Notes under the pieces: model-generated
Database searches by the model: none
The model's input: only the letters and a program-made list of their open reading frames with translations
What the model was told of the DNA's origin: nothing
Part shown: positions 46,697 to 55,924 of the stretch, piece after piece
Layout: every line of letters starts with the position of its first letter
Numbering within the stretch: position 1 is the first letter of the stretch
Source: Methanomassiliicoccales archaeon UBA280
GTDB lineage: Archaea; Thermoplasmatota; Thermoplasmata; SG8-5
Direction of reading: 5' to 3'
Assembly (NCBI GenBank): GCA_002499085.1
Contig: DAKD01000032.1
Location: 1,315-65,314, forward strand
DNA: 64,000 nucleotides
Made by a program: the position numbers and the translations under genes

Positions 46697-47558
46697 ATAT
46701 TCAATTCCTGTTGATATTTTCAACCCTGGCCAAGTATTCGCGTCGCTGGGGTTTCTGGAAGCGGCAGATGTACTTCTTGGTGATGTAGAAGGTGGCTTTG
46801 ATTGGACTGATTATACAAATGTACGCTTCATACTTCGTACGGGGAATGATAGAAATCCATTCAAAGAAGTACTTGAATTTATTGCGAATGCAAATATGGT
46901 TTGTTTAGCTCCACCAAATTATAAAACATCTAAATCCAGGTCAATTCGAATATCTGAATGTTTTCCATCAAAACATATTAAGGATAAGGAATTTCCATGC
47001 AGATTCGAGAAAAATGGTTTTGCAATCAACATCAGTCATTGGGCTGACAGTTCAAGTCGAGATAATTTCAAGCAATTTGCTGGAAACCAAAATCCAAGTG
47101 AAACCATTCTACCTCAATTGCAGAGCGGTATTAAGGAATTGTTGAAATGTGATACTTATTTTATCGAGAATCCGTTCGAGAGTATGCTGCCAATTGGGCG
47201 CATAAGCTGGAAACTAGATGCACGTTCGGCGTGGACCGCTAGAGATGTGGGGTACTCTCTTGAAGACCAGAAGTATGCTTTAATGTCATCTCCTGTAGTG
47301 GAACTTTATGCAGCTATCGGTTTCGAAAACGCTAGGCCTTTCGTCGATTTGAATAACAAATTAAAGGTTAGTTATGGTGTTTGGAGCACTGTTGTTGCTC
47401 CACTATTATGTCGTCCTGTTATAGGCGGCATCAATACGGGTATACCAACACGTATCTTCGAGTTTATTCGAAATAAATCTGGAAAAAACGGAGAATATAA
47501 ACAAACGACATATGCAAACGAAGTAACCATAGAAAATAATGGAGTTGATGAAAAATGA
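46689..47558 (+). CDS. csb3: Csb3/Cas8u1-like protein in the large-subunit slot of type I-G (289 aa)
   Basis: Position between cas3 and csb1. The N-terminal IPVDIFNPGQVFASLGFLEAADVL matches my recollection of the Csb3 (Dpsyc subtype) signature. 8-nt overlap with cas3. Confidence 0.6.
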   Translation: MAEYSIPVDIFNPGQVFASLGFLEAADVLLGDVEGGFDWTDYTNVRFILRTGNDRNPFKEVLEFIANANMVCLAPPNYKTSKSRSIRISECFPSKHIKDKEFPCRFEKNGFAINISHWADSSSRDNFKQFAGNQNPSETILPQLQSGIKELLKCDTYFIENPFESMLPIGRISWKLDARSAWTARDVGYSLEDQKYALMSSPVVELYAAIGFENARPFVDLNNKLKVSYGVWSTVVAPLLCRPVIGGINTGIPTRIFEFIRNKSGKNGEYKQTTYANEVTIENNGVDEK

Positions 47559-48658
47559 ATAAAGAAAAAGATAGCGAAGAACTTGTGGTGGACGAGGCGA
47601 TGTTGAATGATTGGGCAACGAACCCAAAGGGGCCCGTCGCCCTTGTTTTAAAGGAGAAATTAATGCCAGTCGAGGGCGAAAGGGGAATTATTTTCCCTCC
47701 AACGTATGCAGATATCGGTTACAACATTGACGAGTTGTCAGATGGGAAAAAGATCGCAACAATAGATAGTGTAGGGTCTCAGGCCAACCGAATGGAACCT
47801 TTGTTCAAAGAGGAATCACTTAAAGACCTTGTGCCACAGATTGATATAAAAATTAACGAAGAAAAAATAATATCCATTTTTGATATTGGGCATCGACTGG
47901 GGGATGCACTTATACGTTGTAGTGATTTTTCAGCCGAAGCTAAAGAGGCATTCGAGAATTGGCGGGAAGGGGACGCTTTCAAACTAGCCAAACTTGCGCC
48001 TACTTCGATAGTGTTCGGTGCTTGGGATTCTCGGGATACAGCAGCCAAATTACCTCGTATAGTTCAATCAGTAATCCGTGCATGGGATGTTACAGAACTA
48101 AAACGTTCTGCAACATATGTTCCACCAGTGGATTACTCAAAACTCGACATATTTTCTGAAGAAGATAAGGCAAAAGCCGAAGGAGATACGAAAAATCCTT
48201 TAGCAAAGCGTGGCTTCGTGCATGTCCCTGCAGGAAAAGTACCTGGTGGTGTGATAGCTAATGGCCCTATTTACCGCGATGTCACGGTGAATCTGGTTGC
48301 TCTGCGTCAGATTAAATCCAAAGAAAAGAGAGATGAGCTTCGTAAGTATATTCTTGGCTTGTCGTTAACTGTTGCAATCCAGCCACTCGATGGATTCCTG
48401 CGGCAGGGTTGCCTTCTTACGCTAGATCCAACGGTGAAAGAGTCTTGGATTGTAGTTAATCGTGATGGCACCCGTCAATCCGTAACAATCAAAGAACAAA
48501 CAGTACTCGATTACGCAAAGAAATCATCTAATAATTTTGGTGTTGGTAAGTCAAAAAAAGCAGAGTTTGACAAAAAGAAGGCTAAGGAAGATTCACAGAA
48601 AGATAAGAAGAAAAAGAAGGGAAAAGATAAGGAAAATGAGGAAAAAAAAGACCAATAA
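47555..48658 (+). CDS. csb1: Csb1 / Cas7 of type I-G (GSU0053 family RAMP) with Lys-rich C-terminal tail
   Basis: IFPPTYA...IDSVGSQANRMEPLF and FGAWDSRDT motifs are typical of Csb1. Tail KKKAKEDSQKDKKKKKGKDKENEEKKDQ. ATGA overlap with csb3. Confidence 0.8.
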   Translation: MNKEKDSEELVVDEAMLNDWATNPKGPVALVLKEKLMPVEGERGIIFPPTYADIGYNIDELSDGKKIATIDSVGSQANRMEPLFKEESLKDLVPQIDIKINEEKIISIFDIGHRLGDALIRCSDFSAEAKEAFENWREGDAFKLAKLAPTSIVFGAWDSRDTAAKLPRIVQSVIRAWDVTELKRSATYVPPVDYSKLDIFSEEDKAKAEGDTKNPLAKRGFVHVPAGKVPGGVIANGPIYRDVTVNLVALRQIKSKEKRDELRKYILGLSLTVAIQPLDGFLRQGCLLTLDPTVKESWIVVNRDGTRQSVTIKEQTVLDYAKKSSNNFGVGKSKKAEFDKKKAKEDSQKDKKKKKGKDKENEEKKDQ

Positions 48659-48661
48659 TCG

Positions 48662-50179
48662 GTGTTCACAATGTTGAGAAACCTTCTTATCAAAGTCAAT
48701 TTTCACGATGGACGATTCCATGGATCGAATGACTGGCCACCGTCCCCAGCTAGGCTGTTTCAAGCATTGGTTGCTGGTGAGGGTGTTGGTGGACCGATTT
48801 CGGATATGAAAAAAGCGACTTATCAATGGTTAGAATCCCTCGTTGCTCCAATTATATTGGCACCAATAGCTAAGAAAGGAAGCAAAGTGACTTTTTTCGT
48901 CCCGAGAAACGACTTTGATTTTGTCAAAGGAGATTTCAATAAAGTGAATGAAATCCGATACCCAAAGACAATCACACCCTGGTTGTTCGATGCTGCGCAT
49001 CCAACTATCTATATCTGGGAATTCCAAGATGAAGATGTGGAACAAGCAAAAAATGTATGCCAATTCGCCGAGAGTTTATATCAACTCGGCCACGGGGTTG
49101 ATATGGCATGGGCCACCGGGGAAATCATTGAACCTGAAAAGGTGGATGAAATATTGAGAAACTACCCAGGACAAGTTTATCGCCCAACAGCCAGAACGGG
49201 TTCCACCGAAAGATGGGCGTGCCCTTGTCTCGGTACATTCGAAAGCCTTGAGAAACGTTACAATACTGTACGATTCCGAAATGAGAATGGTGGGCAAGTG
49301 TTACGCCCCCCCTCAGCTAAATTTGCGATGATTGCCTACAACGCCCCTCCCAATCGTTGTTTGTTTGAGCTTCGAAAAGTCACCGATAACAGGCAGTTTA
49401 ACTCTATACCACTTTATAAATCTGCGAACCTTGTCATTAAAATACGCGACGCTGCAATCCAGAAACTGCTTAGTGTATTTCCCCAAGAAGAAAATCATGT
49501 GAAAAATGCATTGAACAGTAAAGTACATAATAGCAATCGTGGAATGAAAGATAATTCTCAAGTGAATATCATCCCACTTCCCTCTATTGGCCACCGTTAC
49601 GTTGATTGTGATATCAGGCGCATTCTCGTCGAGGTTCCTCTCAATTGTCAGTTAAATGCCGAAGATGCATTTTGGGCATTTTCAGGGCTCACCCTTGCAG
49701 CAACTGATATGAAAGGAGAACTGGAAACGATTCTCACGCGAATCAGGGTGGGTGGCAAACAGAATATGCTTGCCCATTACGGTGTAATTGATAAATCAAA
49801 ATTCAAGATATGGCACACAGTGACCCCCGCTGCATTGCCAGATGAAGCAAAAAGGCGGCGCATTGACCCCACACGAGGTCATGAGGAATCAAAGTCTGGG
49901 TCGGAACGTGCTGGTGAAGAGATGCAAGCAGCTGTCGCAATTTTCCATGAATTGCGTAATGTCCGTATGCTACCACAAATCGAATCAATCCATGTGCAAC
50001 GCGAACCGTTTCAGAGCAGGGGAATGCGTGCGGAGGCATTCAGTATCGGTACGGAATTTGCGAAAGAACAACTTTGGCACGTTGAAATTGCGTTTAAAGA
50101 ACCTGTTGATGGCCCACTTCTGATTGGCAATGGCCGTTTCCTCGGCCTTGGAGTTATGGCACCTGTAAGGAATGCATGA
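48662..50179 (+). CDS. csb2: Csb2 / Cas5(-Cas6 fusion) of type I-G (GSU0054 family)
   Basis: N-terminal signature FHDGRFHGSNDWPPSPARLFQALVAG. The ~500-aa size fits the Csb2 family. GTG at 48662 or ATG at 48671. Confidence 0.85.
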   Translation: MFTMLRNLLIKVNFHDGRFHGSNDWPPSPARLFQALVAGEGVGGPISDMKKATYQWLESLVAPIILAPIAKKGSKVTFFVPRNDFDFVKGDFNKVNEIRYPKTITPWLFDAAHPTIYIWEFQDEDVEQAKNVCQFAESLYQLGHGVDMAWATGEIIEPEKVDEILRNYPGQVYRPTARTGSTERWACPCLGTFESLEKRYNTVRFRNENGGQVLRPPSAKFAMIAYNAPPNRCLFELRKVTDNRQFNSIPLYKSANLVIKIRDAAIQKLLSVFPQEENHVKNALNSKVHNSNRGMKDNSQVNIIPLPSIGHRYVDCDIRRILVEVPLNCQLNAEDAFWAFSGLTLAATDMKGELETILTRIRVGGKQNMLAHYGVIDKSKFKIWHTVTPAALPDEAKRRRIDPTRGHEESKSGSERAGEEMQAAVAIFHELRNVRMLPQIESIHVQREPFQSRGMRAEAFSIGTEFAKEQLWHVEIAFKEPVDGPLLIGNGRFLGLGVMAPVRNA

Positions 50180-50700
50180 TAATGAACAAAGAATCCACGA
50201 CCATAACACATGATGCTATAACCCCCTCCGGCAAAGCCGCCTTCTACCTCCATTCCTGCCCGGTCCTGACCTGGCTATACCTCCACGGACAACTCGTCGT
50301 CAGCCCGAGCCATGTATACATCCAGAGCGGAAAAGAACTCGACGCCCAGCGCTTCTCCAACAAGCGCTCCATCGACCTCTCCCCCTATGGGAAAGCGGAC
50401 TGGGTCACCGGCACCCAAACAAGTCCAGTAATCCACGAGGGCTCGCGCGGCAAGCGGCACAATGAGCCGAAGCGCGCCCAGCTCCGCCATTACCTGTGGG
50501 CCGCCAAGCAACTCTACAACATCGACGCGGTCGGCGAACTTCACCTGAAACAGGGCAACGTGGAGAGAGTCGAACCTGACCACGAATCGGTGGAAAAAGA
50601 CCATGCCAGGCTGCTGGAGATAATGAACGGCCCGATGCCTGAGCCGAAGAAAATCCCGATATGCAAGGGTTGCACGAACAGGGACTGGTGCTGGGGTTGA
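50176..50700 (+). CDS. cas4: Cas4 (RecB-like nuclease with Fe-S cysteines), stand-alone
   Basis: N-terminal Cys (HSCPVLTW), QxxxY (AQLRHY) and C-terminal CKGCTNRDWC. ATGA overlap with csb2. GC-rich again. Confidence 0.8.
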   Translation: MIMNKESTTITHDAITPSGKAAFYLHSCPVLTWLYLHGQLVVSPSHVYIQSGKELDAQRFSNKRSIDLSPYGKADWVTGTQTSPVIHEGSRGKRHNEPKRAQLRHYLWAAKQLYNIDAVGELHLKQGNVERVEPDHESVEKDHARLLEIMNGPMPEPKKIPICKGCTNRDWCWG

Positions 50701-50791
50701 TGCTTAAGGGGGCTTCGCATGTCAAGTGACAAAAAACACAATTAGTGTCTTATAGCGAGCGAAGCCTTTATATAGAATACTTTTCATACAG

Positions 50792-52018
50792 GTGATTATG
50801 ACGGAAGAGATACTGAGACAATTCAATCCCTGGTGGGAGAGGGAATACGAATCGCCCGGCATTCCGAGGCCGGATTACATCAGAAAGATTCGGGACGCCC
50901 TCGCCCGGCAGAATGTGGCGATTCTGTATGGCCTGCGCCGTGTCGGTAAGACCACCATAATGAGGCAGTTCGTCGCCCAAACGCTTGGAACCTTGCCGCC
51001 CGACAGGATATATTTCGCTTCCATGGACCACCCGGACCTCGGGAGAACGTCCATCATCGAAATCCTGAGGGAGTTCAGAAGGATCACCTCCGCCAGGACT
51101 GACGAGAAAGTGTTATTACTGTTGGATGAAGTTCAGCACAGGAAAGGGTTTGAGAAGGAGATCAAGGCCATCGTCGATATGGACGAGAAGGTCCAGATTA
51201 TTGCGTCAGGGTCTTCAAGCCTTGCCCTGGCTCACGCAAGCCCTTATCTGACAGGCAGATATAGCCGTGTTCCGGCCCGGCCTTTGAGTTTCCTAGAATT
51301 TATCTCCTTCAGGGCACAGAAGTACTTGGAACATGAGCCGCAACTCATGGAAGCGCTGATGGATGAGTACCTAGTCACCGGGGGAATGCCGAAATACGTC
51401 ATGACTGGCGACCCGTTGATTATCACAGAAATAATCGAAGATGTCATTTATAAGGACATATACGGCCAGTATGAAATACAGGATCCACAACTGCTCAAGG
51501 AACTCTACTACCTACTCATGGTGCGGGTGGGAAAACCGCTTAGTTTCCGCAAGATGGGAAGGCTAATAGATATGAGTGTTGACACGGCCAGAAGGTATGT
51601 AGGGTATTTCCAAGAGGCATTCCTAATAGATGTGGTGGAGAGGGAAGGGTCGCCCAACGTTCGCAAGGCTTCGCCCAGGAAATGCTATGCTCCAGATACT
51701 GGAATTCGTGCAGTCATTGCGGGTGAAAGCAACATTGGCTCCCTCGCTGAAAATGCGGCTTATCTCAAGCTCAAAGAGGAGGGGCCCGTGAGATACCTGT
51801 CTGAGAAGAACGGGGAGATAGATTTCCTAATCGGCGGAAAGGCCGTAGAGGTCAAATACTGGGACCGGGTGGAAAAGGAACAAATTCCGTATCTTGTCAA
51901 GTTCAAAGGAAGGCAGGTGAAGGATAAAATTGTCGTGTCCAGGAGGGTCAGTCCGGACATCGGGAGAATCAAGAACGTACCTTTATGGCGCTTCCTGGTC
52001 GACGAGAGGGAACGATGA
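50792..52018 (+). CDS. AAA+ ATPase of the COG1373 / AAA_14 + DUF4143 family (C-terminal PD-(D/E)xK-like motif), embedded in the adaptation module
   Basis: FNPWWE start, Walker A GLRRVGKTT, Walker B LLLLDEVQ, a wHTH-like middle, and C-terminal GEIDFLI...AVEVKY. Its stop overlaps the cas1 start (ATGA at 52015). Confidence 0.85.
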   Translation: MIMTEEILRQFNPWWEREYESPGIPRPDYIRKIRDALARQNVAILYGLRRVGKTTIMRQFVAQTLGTLPPDRIYFASMDHPDLGRTSIIEILREFRRITSARTDEKVLLLLDEVQHRKGFEKEIKAIVDMDEKVQIIASGSSSLALAHASPYLTGRYSRVPARPLSFLEFISFRAQKYLEHEPQLMEALMDEYLVTGGMPKYVMTGDPLIITEIIEDVIYKDIYGQYEIQDPQLLKELYYLLMVRVGKPLSFRKMGRLIDMSVDTARRYVGYFQEAFLIDVVEREGSPNVRKASPRKCYAPDTGIRAVIAGESNIGSLAENAAYLKLKEEGPVRYLSEKNGEIDFLIGGKAVEVKYWDRVEKEQIPYLVKFKGRQVKDKIVVSRRVSPDIGRIKNVPLWRFLVDERER

Positions 52019-53010
52019 AGGACTACTACATATTCCAGAACTGCAAGCTGGACGCGGACGAACACGTTCTCCACATCGAAGGCGATAAAAGCCGCAGATT
52101 GCCGGTGGAGGAGATCGCCGGGCTGCATCTTCTCTCCGGGTACTCAATCACCAGCGGCGTCATCGACCTGGCCGCGAAGCACAACATACCGATACACGCC
52201 TATAATTTTCATGGAATCTATCATGGAACATTCTTCCCGCCGCCTGTGGAGCCGACCGGCTCCATTCTCATTGGCCAGGTGAAGAGCAGGTTGGACGAGG
52301 GCAGGAGATTGGAACTGGCAAGGTGCATCCTGGAAGCATCCAACCGTTCGACAAATGCCCTGTTGAAACCTTTCGAACTGGAATTGTCCTGCGCAATCGA
52401 GGGAGACAATGTTGAGATGTTCATGCTCTCGGAAGCGCGGGTCCGAAAGGAATACTATGCCCTGCTGGACACCATACTTCCGGCATTCTGGAGCATTGTC
52501 AAGAGGGAGCGCCAGCCCCCGAGAAGGCCTGCCGATGCGGTGCTGGGGTTCGCCAACGGTATTCTGTATGCGAAAATGGCAGGCTGGATTCATCGGGCGG
52601 GACTTGATCCCAGGATAAGCTACATCCACGGGGAAAGCCGCGCTAGAAACCCTCTCGCGCTAGACCTAGCCGAGGTTATGAAGGCGCCTCTTTCGGAAGC
52701 AATATTATTGGAAATCGCTGCCAGCGGCTCCGAGAGGAGCCTGATAACGGAAGTGGGGGAGGGTGTTTATCTGAACGAAAAGGGCAGAAAAATAATCATC
52801 CAGTTCATAGAAGAAGCTCTTAAAAAATCAGTGCGCCCTCCCGGAAAGGACCGAGAGGATATCGTCGAAGCGTGGGGAAGTTCGGTCCCGAGAAAGCTCC
52901 ATAGATGCCTCGTGGAGGATAATAATCCTAACTTACCGGTGATGCCATGTACGTTGTCGTCGTCTACGATGCGGACCCTCATGAACGAGAGATCATCCGT
53001 GCCGTACTGA
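52015..53010 (+). CDS. cas1: Cas1 integrase
   Basis: Typical N-terminus (YIFQNCKLDADEHVLHIEG...IPIHAYNFHG) and catalytic region (SEARVRKEYY...NGILYAKMA...GLDPRISYIHG...RNPLALDLAE). Confidence 0.9.
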   Translation: MKDYYIFQNCKLDADEHVLHIEGDKSRRLPVEEIAGLHLLSGYSITSGVIDLAAKHNIPIHAYNFHGIYHGTFFPPPVEPTGSILIGQVKSRLDEGRRLELARCILEASNRSTNALLKPFELELSCAIEGDNVEMFMLSEARVRKEYYALLDTILPAFWSIVKRERQPPRRPADAVLGFANGILYAKMAGWIHRAGLDPRISYIHGESRARNPLALDLAEVMKAPLSEAILLEIAASGSERSLITEVGEGVYLNEKGRKIIIQFIEEALKKSVRPPGKDREDIVEAWGSSVPRKLHRCLVEDNNPNLPVMPCTLSSSTMRTLMNERSSVPY

Positions 53011-53198
53011 TGCCGAAGTTGCACTGGATACAGAACAGCGTCTTTGCAGGTGAGATAAATCAAGTGGCTGCGAAGGACCTTCAGAAATCATTGACAGATT
53101 TTGTGCGAGATTCTAAGGTCACTTTCTGGCTATTCGATAAAAAGCCGGAGACTTTCCAGATTGGCTCACAGGATGATGGCGAATCGATTTTCTTGTGA
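52947..53198 (+). CDS. cas2: Cas2
   Basis: MYVVVVYDAD...IQNSVFAGE... ferredoxin-like Cas2 pattern, 83 aa. Confidence 0.9.
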   Translation: MYVVVVYDADPHEREIIRAVLMPKLHWIQNSVFAGEINQVAAKDLQKSLTDFVRDSKVTFWLFDKKPETFQIGSQDDGESIFL

Positions 53199-53302
53199 GC
53201 CAAAAATCATATAAACAGGAAGTAATATATATGACCTGAAGAAAAGGCCAGACCTGAAACATAACCAATCCGAAAGCTTTTTAAATGATGAGTCAAGGTC
53301 TT
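53199..53302 (+). promoter_or_regulatory. CRISPR leader (AT-rich, 104 bp between cas2 and the first repeat)
   Basis: AT-rich sequence with ATATATATGA and TTTTTAAATGATGA boxes directly upstream of repeat 1. Confidence 0.6.
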
Positions 53303-55924
53303 GTCGCTCCCGCCCGCCTACGAGGCATTGAAACACGCTCCCGGACCTGGAGGGCAGGCTGAGCGCAAGTCGCTCCCGCCCGCCTACGAGGCATTGAAAC
53401 CGAAGTACTTCTGAAGGATCGCGGTTTTTTCCTCGTCGCTCCCGCCCGCCTACGAGGCATTGAAACGTAGAGTGACGGGACATCGCACCCCAGCACCCCC
53501 GTCGCTCCCGCCCGCCTACGAGGCATTGAAACCTGGGCGAGCAGGGCCTGGAGCTTCAGCATGATCGTCGCTCCCGCCCGCCTACGAGGCATTGAAACTT
53601 CTTGTTGAAGGTTATCGAGGTCTTGCATTCCTGTCGCTCCCGCCCGCCTACGAGGCATTGAAACGATAGAGCTAACCTACAGCGATGCCATGGGTAATGT
53701 CGCTCCCGCCCGCCTACGAGGCATTGAAACTGTCAATCCGAAGATAGAATCACTCTAGCCCCGAGTCGCTCCCGCCCGCCTACGAGGCATTGAAACTGCA
53801 ACAGAAGCTTGTCCTCCTGGAGCTCGGCCCGTCGCTCCCGCCCGCCTACGAGGCATTGAAACAAAATATCGGGCACACCCAGCGCCATACTGTACAGTCG
53901 CTCCCGCCCGCCTACGAGGCATTGAAACACGACGCAGTTCATGAAGTACGTCAACCCGACATGTCGCTCCCGCCCGCCTACGAGGCATTGAAACACGACA
54001 ACAGGATCAGCTCCGCAATCAACCAGACAGGTCGCTCCCGCCCGCCTACGAGGCATTGAAACCACACTATACGCCAGCAGACTACTGCATGAAATCGGGT
54101 CGCTCCCGCCCGCCTACGAGGCATTGAAACGATGAAACCGCCATTGACTGTTGAGATTGTGGCATGTCGCTCCCGCCCGCCTACGAGGCATTGAAACAAT
54201 GTCTCTAGGTGCTTCAGCTGCCTCTGGGAGCCGAGTCGCTCCCGCCCGCCTACGAGGCATTGAAACAAGGTCAGCTGGAACCACACGAAGCTGGCGAAGC
54301 GTCGCTCCCGCCCGCCTACGAGGCATTGAAACTTGGAAAAGGACAATTTCATGGGCATTGCAATCCGTCGCTCCCGCCCGCCTACGAGGCATTGAAACCT
54401 GTTGGCTGAGGAATTCTGCCCGATAGTATTTTGTCGCTCCCGCCCGCCTACGAGGCATTGAAACCAGAAATGATTAGAAGTTCCCCCAATCAGTTATCGT
54501 CGCTCCCGCCCGCCTACGAGGCATTGAAACGAGCGCATGCCGGGGAACCTGAACATCTGTTTGAGTCGCTCCCGCCCGCCTACGAGGCATTGAAACAAGT
54601 GTAATGTCCAACCAGGCCCAGCCATAACGGGTCGCTCCCGCCCGCCTACGAGGCATTGAAACGTGGTCATGGGGATTGCCCCCTCTGAGGTTCGGGAGTC
54701 GCTCCCGCCCGCCTACGAGGCATTGAAACCAGGTTGTCCGCGTATGTGTCAATGGCGCTCTTGGTCGCTCCCGCCCGCCTACGAGGCATTGAAACTGCAG
54801 GACCTTGTTGTACGTCGACACGACGGCCAGTCGCTCCCGCCCGCCTACGAGGCATTGAAACGACAGATCCAGCGGGGATATGACCAATCCGACGGGTCGC
54901 TCCCGCCCGCCTACGAGGCATTGAAACGCCAAGTCATCCGCCGACATGCTGATCAGAACTAGTCGCTCCCGCCCGCCTACGAGGCATTGAAACGTATAAG
55001 GTGGCCACGAATCAGAAACTCATGGCTGCGTCGCTCCCGCCCGCCTACGAGGCATTGAAACACGGGCCTCTCCTGGCTGCACACCGAACCCATCAGTCGC
55101 TCCCGCCCGCCTACGAGGCATTGAAACATGCCCTTGGCTATTTCTCTGGCCGTTTGCCCCGGTCGCTCCCGCCCGCCTACGAGGCATTGAAACAAGGTCC
55201 TGTTAGTCTATCATAACGACAGACTAAGGTCGCTCCCGCCCGCCTACGAGGCATTGAAACGACTATTGCACCAGCAACGCGACCGGCCACAACTGTCGCT
55301 CCCGCCCGCCTACGAGGCATTGAAACAATCGACTCTGGGCGGGTGTTCGCTGGAATACTCGGTCGCTCCCGCCCGCCTACGAGGCATTGAAACTTAAATG
55401 CGCAAGGTGTTGTAAGGTATCCAGATATGGTCGCTCCCGCCCGCCTACGAGGCATTGAAACGATTTTGAAACGATAAGTTGTAAAGTAAGTACATGTCGC
55501 TCCCGCCCGCCTACGAGGCATTGAAACAACCAATTACCTCAAGATACCGATGTACCTCAGCGTCGCTCCCGCCCGCCTACGAGGCATTGAAACAAAGCTG
55601 GCGGGATAATACAGACGCCCGTACCAGGTCGCTCCCGCCCGCCTACGAGGCATTGAAACAATAAAAATAAACTGGTGTTCCCGACCCCATAGGGTCGCTC
55701 CCGCCCGCCTACGAGGCATTGAAACGAGCATGCGATAGAGTACACCAGCACAGACGGGTTGTCGCTCCCGCCCGCCTACGAGGCATTGAAACAGTATCCA
55801 GCCCACCCCATCCATGCAATTCACATGTCGCTCCCGCCCGCCTACGAGGCATTGAAACTGAAATAAGGGAGCGCGGCGCCCGCGATTACTCCGTCGCTCC
55901 CGCCCGCCTACGAGGCATTGAAAC
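53303..55924 (+). CRISPR. CRISPR array: 40 copies of the 32-nt repeat GTCGCTCCCGCCCGCCTACGAGGCATTGAAAC, with 39 spacers of 34-37 nt
   Basis: All repeats were located by hand (first at 53303-53334, last at 55893-55924). No variant repeat was noticed. The GTCGC...ATTGAAAC repeat type is shared with I-C/I-G-like families. Orientation is inferred from the ATTGAAAC 3' end and the leader next to cas2. Confidence 0.98.

Noticed and set aside
52947-53010. 64-nt overlap between cas1 and cas2 as a possible frameshift or fusion
   Set aside because: Both frames give normal-looking proteins. The Cas1 tail after the cas2 ATG is short and unconserved-looking, so this is most simply a late stop codon. It cannot be resolved without homolog alignment.
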